DNA of 64,000 bases from a virus: the IMG/VR virus record IMGVR_UViG_3300049255_000541; one strand, written 5' to 3'. Under the pieces are notes generated by a model, which saw nothing but the letters and a program-made list of their open reading frames with translations, was not told the DNA's origin and searched no databases. Made by a program: the position numbers and the translations under genes. Positions 47,275 through 56,340 of this stretch are shown here, one piece after another (within the stretch, counting starts at the first letter, position 1; every line of letters begins with the position of its first letter).

Positions 47275-50190
47275 TTACTGCCGGAGAAGGCCCATGCAGC
47301 GTAGAAGCGCATTCTCCGACGTGCAGTAATCGGCGGGGTGTTCACCAAGTGAAGGATGTGTGCTGTGCATCCAGAGGTCCGCCCGCTCCTGCGTCTTCAG
47401 GCTGGCCAAAGCCGCATCATGCAGGCGCTCCGCGCAGCTTGGCCCAGACGACATCGTGACCGGCTCGACGTAGGCTCCATGGGTACATTTGCTGAGATCA
47501 AGCTTCTGCGGGACGGTAGGTTGGGACTTATCCACAGCCTCAAGACGCCATGACACTTGTCCCCGGAATTTCCCGGCCTCTACAATTCGTTTCCCATCAA
47601 CGATCCGGCCTTTGAACTGGGACAGCCATCTACCCAGGCGCTTCGCGCTGATACCTGCAGATGGATTGTTCCCGGCTGCCGCGACACCCATGATTGCCTC
47701 CCGGAAATCAGGATATTCCCACCCGCTGCCGCTGCTCTCTCCAACTACCTCGACAATGTCGCCTGCGCGCACGGTGCGGTCACCGATAGAGTGCCACCAC
47801 CCCTGAATTACACCGTCAACCGTGTCCAGGAATGGGTCCGTTTTCCTGGCTTCCTCGATGGTCACCGTTGGGTCTTCCTCGCCCAGCCACACAAGAGCGT
47901 CGCGGACCATCGACCCCCATTCCTCAAAAGACCCTAGCTTGTCGTAACCGGGGGCACCTGACACGTGCCACGCACGCATGATGGTCAGCGCGGCAGCCAC
48001 GTATTCCGGCCTGCGCTCACGCGCGCGTTTTACGGGGTCATATTCGAACTGGCGCAGCTCCGGCCTTTCCACCTGCGGGTCGAGCCGGCACAGCATGACC
48101 CGGCGCGTGATGTCCTTGCGGATGACCAAATTGTTTCCTGTGGCGCACACCAAAGCCGACGTGGAAATCTCCGGAGTCTCGGATCTCCCGAGGATACGCG
48201 GCTTGCAGAGGTCAGAGGTGACCATCATTTCCAGGAGCTCGCCGCCAAGAGGAACTTCGACGTTATCGATCAGGATGACTGGGTCGCCGCCAAGCAGCGT
48301 GGAAGCCAGCCTCTTTTCGAACTCCTCCGCCGTGCTACCAGTCGCCAGGACTGCAGCCGCCTTTCCGGTTGCCAATACGGAGCAGATGTCGCCGAGCTTC
48401 GTTTTTCCGGACCCGGCCACAGGAGCGCTGAAAGCGAAAATGGGGGCTTTGTCGATCGACCTGCGCACCACTGCGGTCATCATCCCGGCGAGTGCTACCG
48501 ATTTCGATGCGCGGTCAACGAACGGGAACGTCTTGATTAAGTCGTTCAGGACCGCCAGAGCCTTCTCGGCATCCTCTCGCGTCGGGTTAGCCGGCACGGT
48601 GGGAAAGTTCACGCCGCGGCGGTCCAGCAGCATTCCGCTGGCCTCGTCGTAGCCATCCGCGTCCAAGATCGACCCATCTTTACGCAGTGTCGGGGAGGAA
48701 ATCACACCGAGCAGGGCGGGAAGACGCAGGCGCCCGGCGCGTTCGAGCAGAAGCCCGGCAATCGCGGTCGGGGGTGAAATCAAGCTGTCAGCCTCTTTCC
48801 TGGCATCGAACCGCACGAAATTTGCCGAAGCGTCGAGGTGCGCCACGAGGCCGCGCTCGCCGACGGAAAAAATTCTCTGCCCCGCGATCTCCCGGCCCGC
48901 GCTGGTGATGATAGGGGCTTCCCCGACTTCGACGATCGAGCCGAAGCGCTGGTAGAGTCCACGGCGTGCCTTGATCAGAGCATCCTCGGCGGCCGCCGCG
49001 GCGGCGTTAATGGCACCGACCTCGATTTTGATGATCGGCAGGTTTTTCCGGTCTTCCGGCAGGCGTTCATCGATTGGCTTCGCCTTCGCCTTCGCGGGCT
49101 TCTCTGCTCCCTGCTGCCTGTCGCTCCCCACTTTAAGTTTCCCCTCAGAGATCTTGGCGATCATGCGCGCGATGTCGGATTTGATCGGCCCCCGGATCTC
49201 ATTCGGAGCCCACCGGCCTTCGGTCTCGGCGTGCTCCAGAAAGGCCTTCTCGGCGGCCGTGCAGCAGACCGCGGCGGTCGCCGGATCCTTGGCGGCTTCT
49301 GCGTTATGGATATTGGCGATCACCGCCTGCCAGCAGCATGACCGCAGGAATTCATAACGACCGTCCGTGACCTTACCATTCTCCACACGCCACTTCGTGG
49401 GATCGTGGATGACCACCGGAACACGGACGCCTTCGGCATCTACGGTTGCCCACGATGTGGCGGCGCCCTTTCCGCCGGCGGCTGCCACCACGAAAGGAAA
49501 ACGGCGGTCCACCGCGTTGAGGAATTCCGCAAGCTTCAGGCTGGTCACCACCGGGGCGGCTTCGGGCCCTGCGAGCAGGGGGTTCACGTCGAGCCATTTG
49601 TAGTAGCACCCGGTCTTGTGGTGCTTGCCGTGGAATGTGACGGCCTTCCCCGCTGCGAGGATTTCAACCTGCCAACGGTTGGTGCCGTCGATGGTGCGGG
49701 AACCCGACAGGATCATGTCGTCTGCCGTGCAGCGGTAAATGAGTGCCAGTTTCGGTGCCATCCCGACGCGTCGGAACGGCGTATACCCAAGTATCTCGTC
49801 CGCTATTGAAGTGATCGCCGCTGAAGCATCGGAGTCCAAAACGTCGATATCGATGGTAAATGCGTAGCCTGAACCCTCACCCATCATCGCGGCGGCGTTG
49901 CTCGTGCCGCACTGGTGAACCCATGCCTCGACCACCACTGGATCCGGCAAGCGTTGGTCAAGATGGTGGTCGCTGATGGGTTTGATCATCGCGCCATGCG
50001 AGACCGCCGGACGGCGATCCTGCTGCTGTGGAAATATCGCCCATCCGCGGGTCGCGTAATCCTGTGCGGTGCCCGAGAAAATGCTCTCGGACAACGGATA
50101 CATCAGGCTGTCGCCTTCCTCAGCGAGATCGTCCGGCACGTAACCTGAAACGGTATCGCAATACTTTGGTGCGGCCATCGTATCAATCAT
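47275..50190 (-). CDS. Primase-polymerase plus helicase-like replication protein
   Basis: Prim-Pol motifs WAIFP, TIDIDVLD, FHGKHHKTG..YKW; C-terminal P-loop APVAGSGKT, ILIDNV. Confidence 0.88.
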   Translation of the reverse strand: MIDTMAAPKYCDTVSGYVPDDLAEEGDSLMYPLSESIFSGTAQDYATRGWAIFPQQQDRRPAVSHGAMIKPISDHHLDQRLPDPVVVEAWVHQCGTSNAAAMMGEGSGYAFTIDIDVLDSDASAAITSIADEILGYTPFRRVGMAPKLALIYRCTADDMILSGSRTIDGTNRWQVEILAAGKAVTFHGKHHKTGCYYKWLDVNPLLAGPEAAPVVTSLKLAEFLNAVDRRFPFVVAAAGGKGAATSWATVDAEGVRVPVVIHDPTKWRVENGKVTDGRYEFLRSCCWQAVIANIHNAEAAKDPATAAVCCTAAEKAFLEHAETEGRWAPNEIRGPIKSDIARMIAKISEGKLKVGSDRQQGAEKPAKAKAKPIDERLPEDRKNLPIIKIEVGAINAAAAAAEDALIKARRGLYQRFGSIVEVGEAPIITSAGREIAGQRIFSVGERGLVAHLDASANFVRFDARKEADSLISPPTAIAGLLLERAGRLRLPALLGVISSPTLRKDGSILDADGYDEASGMLLDRRGVNFPTVPANPTREDAEKALAVLNDLIKTFPFVDRASKSVALAGMMTAVVRRSIDKAPIFAFSAPVAGSGKTKLGDICSVLATGKAAAVLATGSTAEEFEKRLASTLLGGDPVILIDNVEVPLGGELLEMMVTSDLCKPRILGRSETPEISTSALVCATGNNLVIRKDITRRVMLCRLDPQVERPELRQFEYDPVKRARERRPEYVAAALTIMRAWHVSGAPGYDKLGSFEEWGSMVRDALVWLGEEDPTVTIEEARKTDPFLDTVDGVIQGWWHSIGDRTVRAGDIVEVVGESSGSGWEYPDFREAIMGVAAAGNNPSAGISAKRLGRWLSQFKGRIVDGKRIVEAGKFRGQVSWRLEAVDKSQPTVPQKLDLSKCTHGAYVEPVTMSSGPSCAERLHDAALASLKTQERADLWMHSTHPSLGEHPADYCTSENALLRCMGLLRQ

Positions 50191-50234
50191 TTCGGCTCCG
50201 TCCTGTCCCAGTGTGCATTCGCACTTGCAATTCA

Positions 50235-50290
50235 AGGTATGCTCCAGCAATCGCCATCCGCAAGGGCTCGGGGAAATTTATTAAGTTGAC
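50235..50290 (-). promoter_or_regulatory. Promoter-family member for the primase; includes copy 2 of the 23-bp repeat (50275-50297)
   Basis: GTCAAC-N18-CCCTTGCGG-N17-ATACCT. Confidence 0.7.
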
Positions 50291-50334
50291 AGGAATTCCC
50301 AAAGGTCTTCGGAAAACCGGGCGTTCACCTTCTG

Positions 50335-50449
50335 TGCAGTGCCTGCACCTTACGTGCACCGTGCCTGCACAGTGCACGCACTGTGCAGCAACCACGACTG
50401 CACCGTATTGCACAGTGCAGCACTGTGCAGCACCTTATTTTGAGGTGCA
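50335..50449. repeat. TGCA-rich palindromic array
   Basis: 11 TGCA tetramers in 115 bp; duplicated inverted repeat TGCACAGTGC-(AC or A)-GCACTGTGCA at 50366-50387 and 50409-50429. Confidence 0.85.
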
Positions 50450-50609
50450 CCCCACCGTCCGCCAGGCAACCACCTGACACACCACGGAATTCCGCATGTC
50501 AGATTGTGTTACCCGGCAGCCGTCAAGCTGTTACCGATTTCCCTAAATGTGATTCCTACTTCCTAGAATGCGTTTCTCGAAACCGCCCTACGGCCTCCCG
50601 GAAAGCGTT

Positions 50610-51617
50610 TCACGGGTGCGGTGTAATAGGGAGATTGCCGCCCAGATCTTCTTTCGGAACCCTCCGGTAGACGGCCGACGGAACCGATCTCACCCGGTCA
50701 ACGTCATCCGATGCGGGCACCGGTGGCGCCGGGCGCACTTCGGGATCCCAGGCAGCTTTGCGGCGGCCGTATGACCGGCTGGCGGTCCTCGTGCTCGAGT
50801 GACCGAGGATTGCCGAGACTTCTCGCAGCGGAAGGCCGCCCTTCGCGTTCGAGTTGGCCTGATGACGCGCGGAATACAAAGGATAATGTCGGTCACCGCG
50901 GGGCCAGAGTCGGCGGCATGCCTGGTAGAGCACGGCGGAAACCCGTTCTTGCATGAGCTCGTACGTGCCGTGCTCCCCCATGGTTTGCCCGGCCTCGACC
51001 ATAGCGGCGACCACCGCCATTTCGGTGGCGCTCAACCCGCTCAAATCTAGCGTCCGACTTTCACCGAGGCAGCGCCATGTGCTGAATTTGGCCGTCGCAA
51101 GCGTCAGGCGTGTGCCGGCCAGCCGGGAGGCCGACCATTCGCAGGGCCGGGCTCCGGTTAGGATTGCGGCATGCAACCACTGCAGCGCGAGGCCCGCGTT
51201 CTCCGATTTGCAGAAAACCTTCAGATACACGAAGAGCTTTTGGAAATCTTCCTCGGGGATACGCTTCTGCTTCAGAGCGGACGTACGTCTCGCCGCTTTC
51301 CTTCGTGGAAGGGTTTCAACCACTGGGTTCGTGGCATCATCCCGCAGGATATCCCGGGCGGCCTGAGGCGCATCAACGGTTGAAAGCCAGTACTCCGCGG
51401 CCCGCCGATAGAGGCGCCACGTGGAACCGCGCAGCTCCGGCTTTCTCGACAGCAGCCACTCGGCAAACCCAACATGCGTGGGATCTGCATCCATCTTGAT
51501 GTATGCGCGCCACAGTGTGGCCGACCTGCAAAGGTAATCCGCGCGGGAGGCATCGGAAACATGGCGCCCCAGAACTTCAAAGTTGACAATGTTGGCAACG
51601 CCGGATGCCTCAGACAT
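50610..51617 (-). CDS. Second tyrosine recombinase (topo-IB/resolvase-like; YxxR variant)
   Basis: TGARPCE (R), TAK (K), YSARH, LGH, SYGRR (Y). Confidence 0.8.
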   Translation of the reverse strand: MSEASGVANIVNFEVLGRHVSDASRADYLCRSATLWRAYIKMDADPTHVGFAEWLLSRKPELRGSTWRLYRRAAEYWLSTVDAPQAARDILRDDATNPVVETLPRRKAARRTSALKQKRIPEEDFQKLFVYLKVFCKSENAGLALQWLHAAILTGARPCEWSASRLAGTRLTLATAKFSTWRCLGESRTLDLSGLSATEMAVVAAMVEAGQTMGEHGTYELMQERVSAVLYQACRRLWPRGDRHYPLYSARHQANSNAKGGLPLREVSAILGHSSTRTASRSYGRRKAAWDPEVRPAPPVPASDDVDRVRSVPSAVYRRVPKEDLGGNLPITPHP

Positions 51618-52002
51618 GCGCTGCCTCCCGTGCTGCTGCCCTCGCTGCCTGCGCCGCCCTGACGCGATCCAGGTGGGAGATCCGCGGCGGTGGCTCCGGC
51701 CGTGACGTGCTGCCGAGCAGCCGGTCACGGCCATCCACGCCGAGAAGGCAACGCTTTCCGGCGTATTTCCCCAGGCGATCCACTTCATCGATAAAGCGGT
51801 TCGCCTCAGAGTATGGAATGCTCCAGGTTTTGGTTGTCCGGCAGAACTTCCCAGACGGCGCGACGCGACGGCGGATGCCGAGTAGAAACTCGTCGTATCC
51901 AAAACGAATTTTTATGAGATCTTCGTGGCGCATATCGGCGGCCCTCCCTTCATGAGGTAGGTAATCGCCAACAGCCGCCGCAAGGCCTTTTTCGCAAGCC
52001 AC
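51610..52002 (-). CDS. Small HARP-like domain protein
   Basis: IKIRFGYDE...GKFCRTTKTWSIP; overlaps the recombinase start. Confidence 0.5.
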   Translation of the reverse strand: MACEKGLAAAVGDYLPHEGRAADMRHEDLIKIRFGYDEFLLGIRRRVAPSGKFCRTTKTWSIPYSEANRFIDEVDRLGKYAGKRCLLGVDGRDRLLGSTSRPEPPPRISHLDRVRAAQAARAAAREAAHV

Positions 52003-52007
52003 CGATT

Positions 52008-52238
52008 TTATCTGAGGCGCCGCGATGCTCTTTCGGCGAGCTCTACCGAGGCCAAGCGCATGGTCCTGGCAAAAAGGCGGTCCGCCGCGTCCGGATGGAT
52101 CTCCATCTTGTCGATGGCGCCCTCCACGCTGCGCGCGAATTTCAGGTGACGCCCCGCGAAGCGTTTGACATCCGCCGTGCGCTGGAGGCCTACGCGGCGC
52201 AGCCGGGTAGCCAGATCAGCCTTCGGCTTCCCCTTCAT
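52008..52238 (-). CDS. Hypothetical basic protein
   Basis: GGAGG RBS, MKGKPKADL... Confidence 0.55.
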   Translation of the reverse strand: MKGKPKADLATRLRRVGLQRTADVKRFAGRHLKFARSVEGAIDKMEIHPDAADRLFARTMRLASVELAERASRRLR

Positions 52239-52827
52239 CGTCGTCCTCCGCCCCATCACCTGCATCCCGCAGTGCCCTCGTACGCTGCCACGCTGCGTCG
52301 CTGCCCATGCCGCAGCGCGCCGCCCGGATCTTCTCCCGGGCTTCGAGATGGCGTTTTTGGTCCGCCAAGATCTCGAAGACCTCCATCGAACCAATTTTAA
52401 GCCTGCGGCACACATCAGAGACCGACACTTTCTTGTGGTGCACAAGATCCCACACGGTTTCCCCCAACGCCGGGGCCGGCGGGATCCGCGGTTCCCGTTC
52501 TGCAACCGCGGCTTTCATAAGGGTATCCAGGATAGCGAGGCTTTCCCGTTCGGTCCTTTCGTCAACCCTTGGGCGCGGCTCCCGCACGGGGCGCACGAGG
52601 CAGGAATCCTCACTGGTGGTATGCCCGAGGATTGCGGCGAATCTTTCCGCTCTTTCACGCTTGCCGAGCTTATGCAGACGCCGTTCCGCGGCGGCCTTCG
52701 AGCATCCGAGCTGGTTTGCCATTGCGCTGTAATTCAGACCCTGACGGCGCATCTCTGATAGCCGGGCATCGAGCTTGTCATCCCACCGCATCTTCGGTGC
52801 CGCATTGGGCTGTGTAGGGGATGGCAT
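52216..52827 (-). CDS. GcrA/Myb-like HTH regulator (Cro position)
   Basis: WDDKLDARLSEMRRQGLNYSAMANQLGCSKAAAERRLHKLG; second HTH-like segment; divergent from the repressor. Confidence 0.65.
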   Translation of the reverse strand: MPSPTQPNAAPKMRWDDKLDARLSEMRRQGLNYSAMANQLGCSKAAAERRLHKLGKRERAERFAAILGHTTSEDSCLVRPVREPRPRVDERTERESLAILDTLMKAAVAEREPRIPPAPALGETVWDLVHHKKVSVSDVCRRLKIGSMEVFEILADQKRHLEAREKIRAARCGMGSDAAWQRTRALRDAGDGAEDDDEGEAEG

Positions 52828-52917
52828 CGCGCTTGCACTCGACAGGAAGGGGTACGCCAGGAATTATCCGGGCATCACGGCGCCCAGATCAACGTTTACG
52901 CCCGAAGGACACCCGAA

Positions 52918-53571
52918 ATGGCTAAGGCAGCACCGAAGAAGCCAGCCGCGAAAGCCGCAGAGAAACCCGTCCGGCCCGCTGAACAGCCGGAGGCTCAGCC
53001 CGCCACGGAGCATATCGGCACAATTGCCGACCGCCTGGAGGGTATAATGGCCGCCCGGGGCATGAACGCCCGCCAGCTTTCTCAGGCAGCTGGGATCTCA
53101 GGGGATGGTATACGAAACATCGTCCGAGGTAAGAGCAGGAACCCGAAAAAAAGCACTCTGGAAGTCATCGCCCGCGGGCTTGGTGTCAGCACCGCTTTTC
53201 TCATGGGTTTGCGGGGATCTAAACCAAGCGACCCGCCGGACTCACCGGTTCCGGATGAGGCATTCCCCGCGGCAATGCCCGCCCACCAACCCCGGGTGCA
53301 CGCCCAACTGGCTACCCCGGCACCCGTCGCCGCCAACGCTCCCGATGCCGCCCCGGATACCCGGCAGGAGGATCCGGCAACTCTGCGGCTGGAGCGCATC
53401 CTCCTCAGACTGCTGTGGGAATCTGTTTCAGCCGCTTTTGACGCGACCGACGAGGAGAACGGAAAGACCGGCTGCGCGTCCGCTCTGAGGGAAGCCCACA
53501 GATCCTTGCGGGCGGCCCAGTCAGCCCTTGGCGAACTCCGTATCCTTAGGCCGGAAATCGACTGGCTGTAG
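52918..53571 (+). CDS. XRE/Cro-C1 HTH repressor (CI-like, no evident S24 peptidase domain)
   Basis: IADRLEGIMAARGMNARQLSQAAGISGDGIRNIVRGKSRNP..STLEVIARGLGV. Confidence 0.85.
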   Translation: MAKAAPKKPAAKAAEKPVRPAEQPEAQPATEHIGTIADRLEGIMAARGMNARQLSQAAGISGDGIRNIVRGKSRNPKKSTLEVIARGLGVSTAFLMGLRGSKPSDPPDSPVPDEAFPAAMPAHQPRVHAQLATPAPVAANAPDAAPDTRQEDPATLRLERILLRLLWESVSAAFDATDEENGKTGCASALREAHRSLRAAQSALGELRILRPEIDWL

Positions 53572-53576
53572 GGCGG

Positions 53577-53762
53577 TCAGCCCCGTCCGCTCAGGGCGGA
53601 CTCCGGAAGCTCCCCTATTGCCCAGCCGATCTCGGTTTCGGTGAAACCGCGCTGGCGCATGAAGTCAGCCATATGGCGTTTCTCGGCTAAGACCCCCGGA
53701 TGACCGGGCGTGCAGTCGGCCTCTTCGAGGTTGGCCAGCAGATCATATGCGATGTCAGCCAT
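53577..53762 (-). CDS. Small hypothetical protein
   Basis: GGAGGGGAG RBS before MADIAYDLL. Confidence 0.55.
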   Translation of the reverse strand: MADIAYDLLANLEEADCTPGHPGVLAEKRHMADFMRQRGFTETEIGWAIGELPESALSGRG

Positions 53763-54128
53763 CTCCCCTCCGTCCCCCCGGCCTGCGTAGCACCCATTTG
53801 TCCCGGCGGGGCACCCGTGTTCATCTCGATACCCAGCGTGCCCCCGCGTGGCGTGGCCAGCCATGCTGTACTATATATAGGTGTGCTCCCAGAGGTCCGG
53901 AAGTGTTGTCAACTATTCAGCGGCTATTGCCCGGGTTAGTTCAGAAATGAACAAAGTATAGGGGCATCCTGGGGGCGCCTTTTACAGAATTCCGAAAATA
54001 AATCTTCTTCCGGAGAAAAAGGGGCTTGACACGCAGATTCTACCAGGATCGCCTGGAATTCCGTTGTCTAAACGTGGCGAAAACAACGGGTTGGCGGAAA
54101 AAAACCTGTTGCATATCCCCGGCTTCCG

Positions 54129-54896
54129 GTGGACCTTCCATACATGGAAGCAATCACTGACAACGCCCCGCCGTGCACCTTCGCCCTGCGAATACTCGGA
54201 CGGCCTCCCCACTCACCCGGGGCGAAGGACTCATATAAGGGGTATGGGTACTGCTGCATCTGCGGCCTGCCAGCCGATACCCATGGCCCGGCTTGGAAAC
54301 GCACATCCATCATACCCGAATCCTTCGGATCTCCGGAGTTCTTCGCCCGCCACGACAGCCCGGCGGCGTGCGGCGCCTGCGCGTATTTCGCGATCGGGGC
54401 CACGTTCAAGGATGAAATCGAGAGGCGAAGCCTTCCGGTCAAGACGTGGTGCAATGTTGCCTGGCGCAGCTACTCGCATGTTTTTTCAGGAGCGGGGCAC
54501 ATCGTGCCGAGGCGTGCCGACTGGCGGGCGTTCTTGCTTTCGCCGCCGGCACCACCGTTTCTCGCCATTATGACGACGGCCGGGACCAAGAACCTGCTTT
54601 TCCGCGCGCGTGTCGCGACGGATGCGGCGCTCTTCCCGGTGCTCGTTGAAGAATCCATGGTCTGGGTCGATCCCGGACTGTATGGCCAGGTACTTGCGGA
54701 CTTCGAGGCGGCCCGTTTTGACGGTCTCCCGCGCGATGGCCTGCTGACTGGCAAATACCCTTCCTCCGCCCTGTTGCGCGTGGGTCCTCGTGTCTTGCGA
54801 AGACACGAGGAGGTGGTTGGTGCGCACCGCGCTACCCGCCTTCAGCTCCTGAGGCTCGCACATGCGACCGCCGAGAGCCCCCAACACGCAACATAG
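54129..54896 (+). CDS. csf1: Csf1 (Cas8-like large subunit)
   Basis: CCICG and CGAC Zn sites, LLSPPAPPF, KNLLFRARV; alternative ATG at 54144. Confidence 0.85.
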   Translation: MDLPYMEAITDNAPPCTFALRILGRPPHSPGAKDSYKGYGYCCICGLPADTHGPAWKRTSIIPESFGSPEFFARHDSPAACGACAYFAIGATFKDEIERRSLPVKTWCNVAWRSYSHVFSGAGHIVPRRADWRAFLLSPPAPPFLAIMTTAGTKNLLFRARVATDAALFPVLVEESMVWVDPGLYGQVLADFEAARFDGLPRDGLLTGKYPSSALLRVGPRVLRRHEEVVGAHRATRLQLLRLAHATAESPQHAT

Positions 54897-54909
54897 GAGA
54901 CTTATTACC

Positions 54910-55293
54910 ATGCTTGGTTACGATACCGACCGCGCGGATGCCGCGGTGGCGGCGTGCATCGTGCACGTCATCTACGCAAGCCGGGACCGATCCCGCTTCA
55001 AGGTAGACACGGAGATGTGGGCGCGCATCGAGCGTTTTGTAAAGTCGGCCGCGAAGCGCTCCGGCAGTCTCGGCATTTTCGTCGAGAGGCTGAAACCGCG
55101 TCTCTCCTGCGACACGGTGCGGCCGTCACGCTACGACGACGACAGCCGGGACTTCATGACCGGACTGCTCTCCCGGCCGCCGTGTGACGCCGCCGACATC
55201 ATCCGCGCGCTTTACCGGGAGACATCGCTGGTCGTCCTGCTCGTACGTGACCGCATCGAGCGCGAAAAAACAGAACTCCAGGCCGCAGCCTGA
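54910..55293 (+). CDS. cas11: Cas11-like small subunit
   Basis: 127-aa helical protein between csf1 and csf2; MWARIERFVKSAAKRS..L..FVERLKPRL; AGGAGA RBS. Confidence 0.8.
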   Translation: MLGYDTDRADAAVAACIVHVIYASRDRSRFKVDTEMWARIERFVKSAAKRSGSLGIFVERLKPRLSCDTVRPSRYDDDSRDFMTGLLSRPPCDAADIIRALYRETSLVVLLVRDRIEREKTELQAAA

Positions 55294-55321
55294 TCAACCC
55301 GACCGACAAAGGACAAACAAA

Positions 55322-56248
55322 ATGACGACGGATTATTCCTACAAAAGCATTTGCCTCGCCGGATGCTTCACAACCCGCGCGCCGCTCAGCCATATCAGCG
55401 AGTCGGTCAGCACGACCAGCTATCTCGTGCAAGACCCGATACTCCAGCCAGACGGGTCCGTGGCCGAGGTCTTTTGCTACTCCGGCAATGCGTGGCGGGG
55501 TCAGCTGCGCGACCACATGGCGCGCTTCACCGCGGAGGCAGCGGGCGGCAGGCTTCCGGCCGACTCTTTCCATCTGCTCTTCTCAGGCGGCCGGCTCGAT
55601 CAGGCGGAGAAATCCGTCGACCTGCAGGGCGCCCGCGACATACGGCAGGCCATACCGATGATCGCCCTTCTCGGCGGCGGCATCGGCACCCAGCTGCTGG
55701 CGGGACGCCTGAGGGTCTTCAACAGCTACCCGATCTGCCGGGAAGCAAAACCGGTGCTTCCGGAGCGGTTCCACGAGGAGGCCAACCGTACGGCTTATGC
55801 GGACTGCACTTTCGAAAAGGAGTTTTCGCGGAAAGACGACAGCAAGGGGGAGTGTGGCCAGCTGTGGATGGAGGCTGAAGCCGCCGATCCCAAAGTGAAG
55901 GCGAAACCCGAGCAGATGCGCATGGGCGCAGAACTCGTTGCGCCGGGCGTGCGCCTTTATAGCGAAATCCACGCGGCTAATGTTTCGGGCACCGAACTTG
56001 GTTGCCTTGTTATGGCTCTCGAGCATTTCGGCAGGTCGCCCTGCATCGGCGGCCAGGCGAACAAGGGCCATGGGCTGGTGGATCTCTATTACGACATCTC
56101 CGGCCACATCGAAGAGGAATCCTTCATCCGCATAGCCGACGGGAAAGTTGTGCTATCGCGCACGGCGCAGGATCTCAGGGACGACTACCTCATGAAACTC
56201 AACAACGGCCGCGACGCACTGCGCGCTGCCCTGCGCTGCGCTGCATGA
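55322..56248 (+). CDS. csf2: Csf2 (Cas7 backbone RAMP)
   Basis: TTRAPLSH, YSGNAWRGQLRD, LFSGG, LLGGGIG, G-loop IGGQANKGHGLV. Confidence 0.92.
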   Translation: MTTDYSYKSICLAGCFTTRAPLSHISESVSTTSYLVQDPILQPDGSVAEVFCYSGNAWRGQLRDHMARFTAEAAGGRLPADSFHLLFSGGRLDQAEKSVDLQGARDIRQAIPMIALLGGGIGTQLLAGRLRVFNSYPICREAKPVLPERFHEEANRTAYADCTFEKEFSRKDDSKGECGQLWMEAEAADPKVKAKPEQMRMGAELVAPGVRLYSEIHAANVSGTELGCLVMALEHFGRSPCIGGQANKGHGLVDLYYDISGHIEEESFIRIADGKVVLSRTAQDLRDDYLMKLNNGRDALRAALRCAA

Positions 56249-56340
56249 GGAGACCAGACATGTTCCTAGATACCGGAGACGGTCCTGTGGAAAGCTACTG
56301 CGACCTTGATTACGGCGACATCAGAGACATGCAGGAGGGC

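Noticed and set aside
50335-50449. TGCA array read as a CRISPR array or as a protelomerase telRL site
   Set aside because: Units are 4-10 bp with no unique spacers, and the inverted repeats have 1-2 nt spacers rather than perfect dyad symmetry; kept only as an unexplained repeat
53865-54128. Possible CRISPR array or mini-array upstream of csf1
   Set aside because: Only short isolated hairpins (CCAGG/CCTGG, CCGTTGT/ACAACGG) and scattered CTTCCGG; no repeat-spacer periodicity
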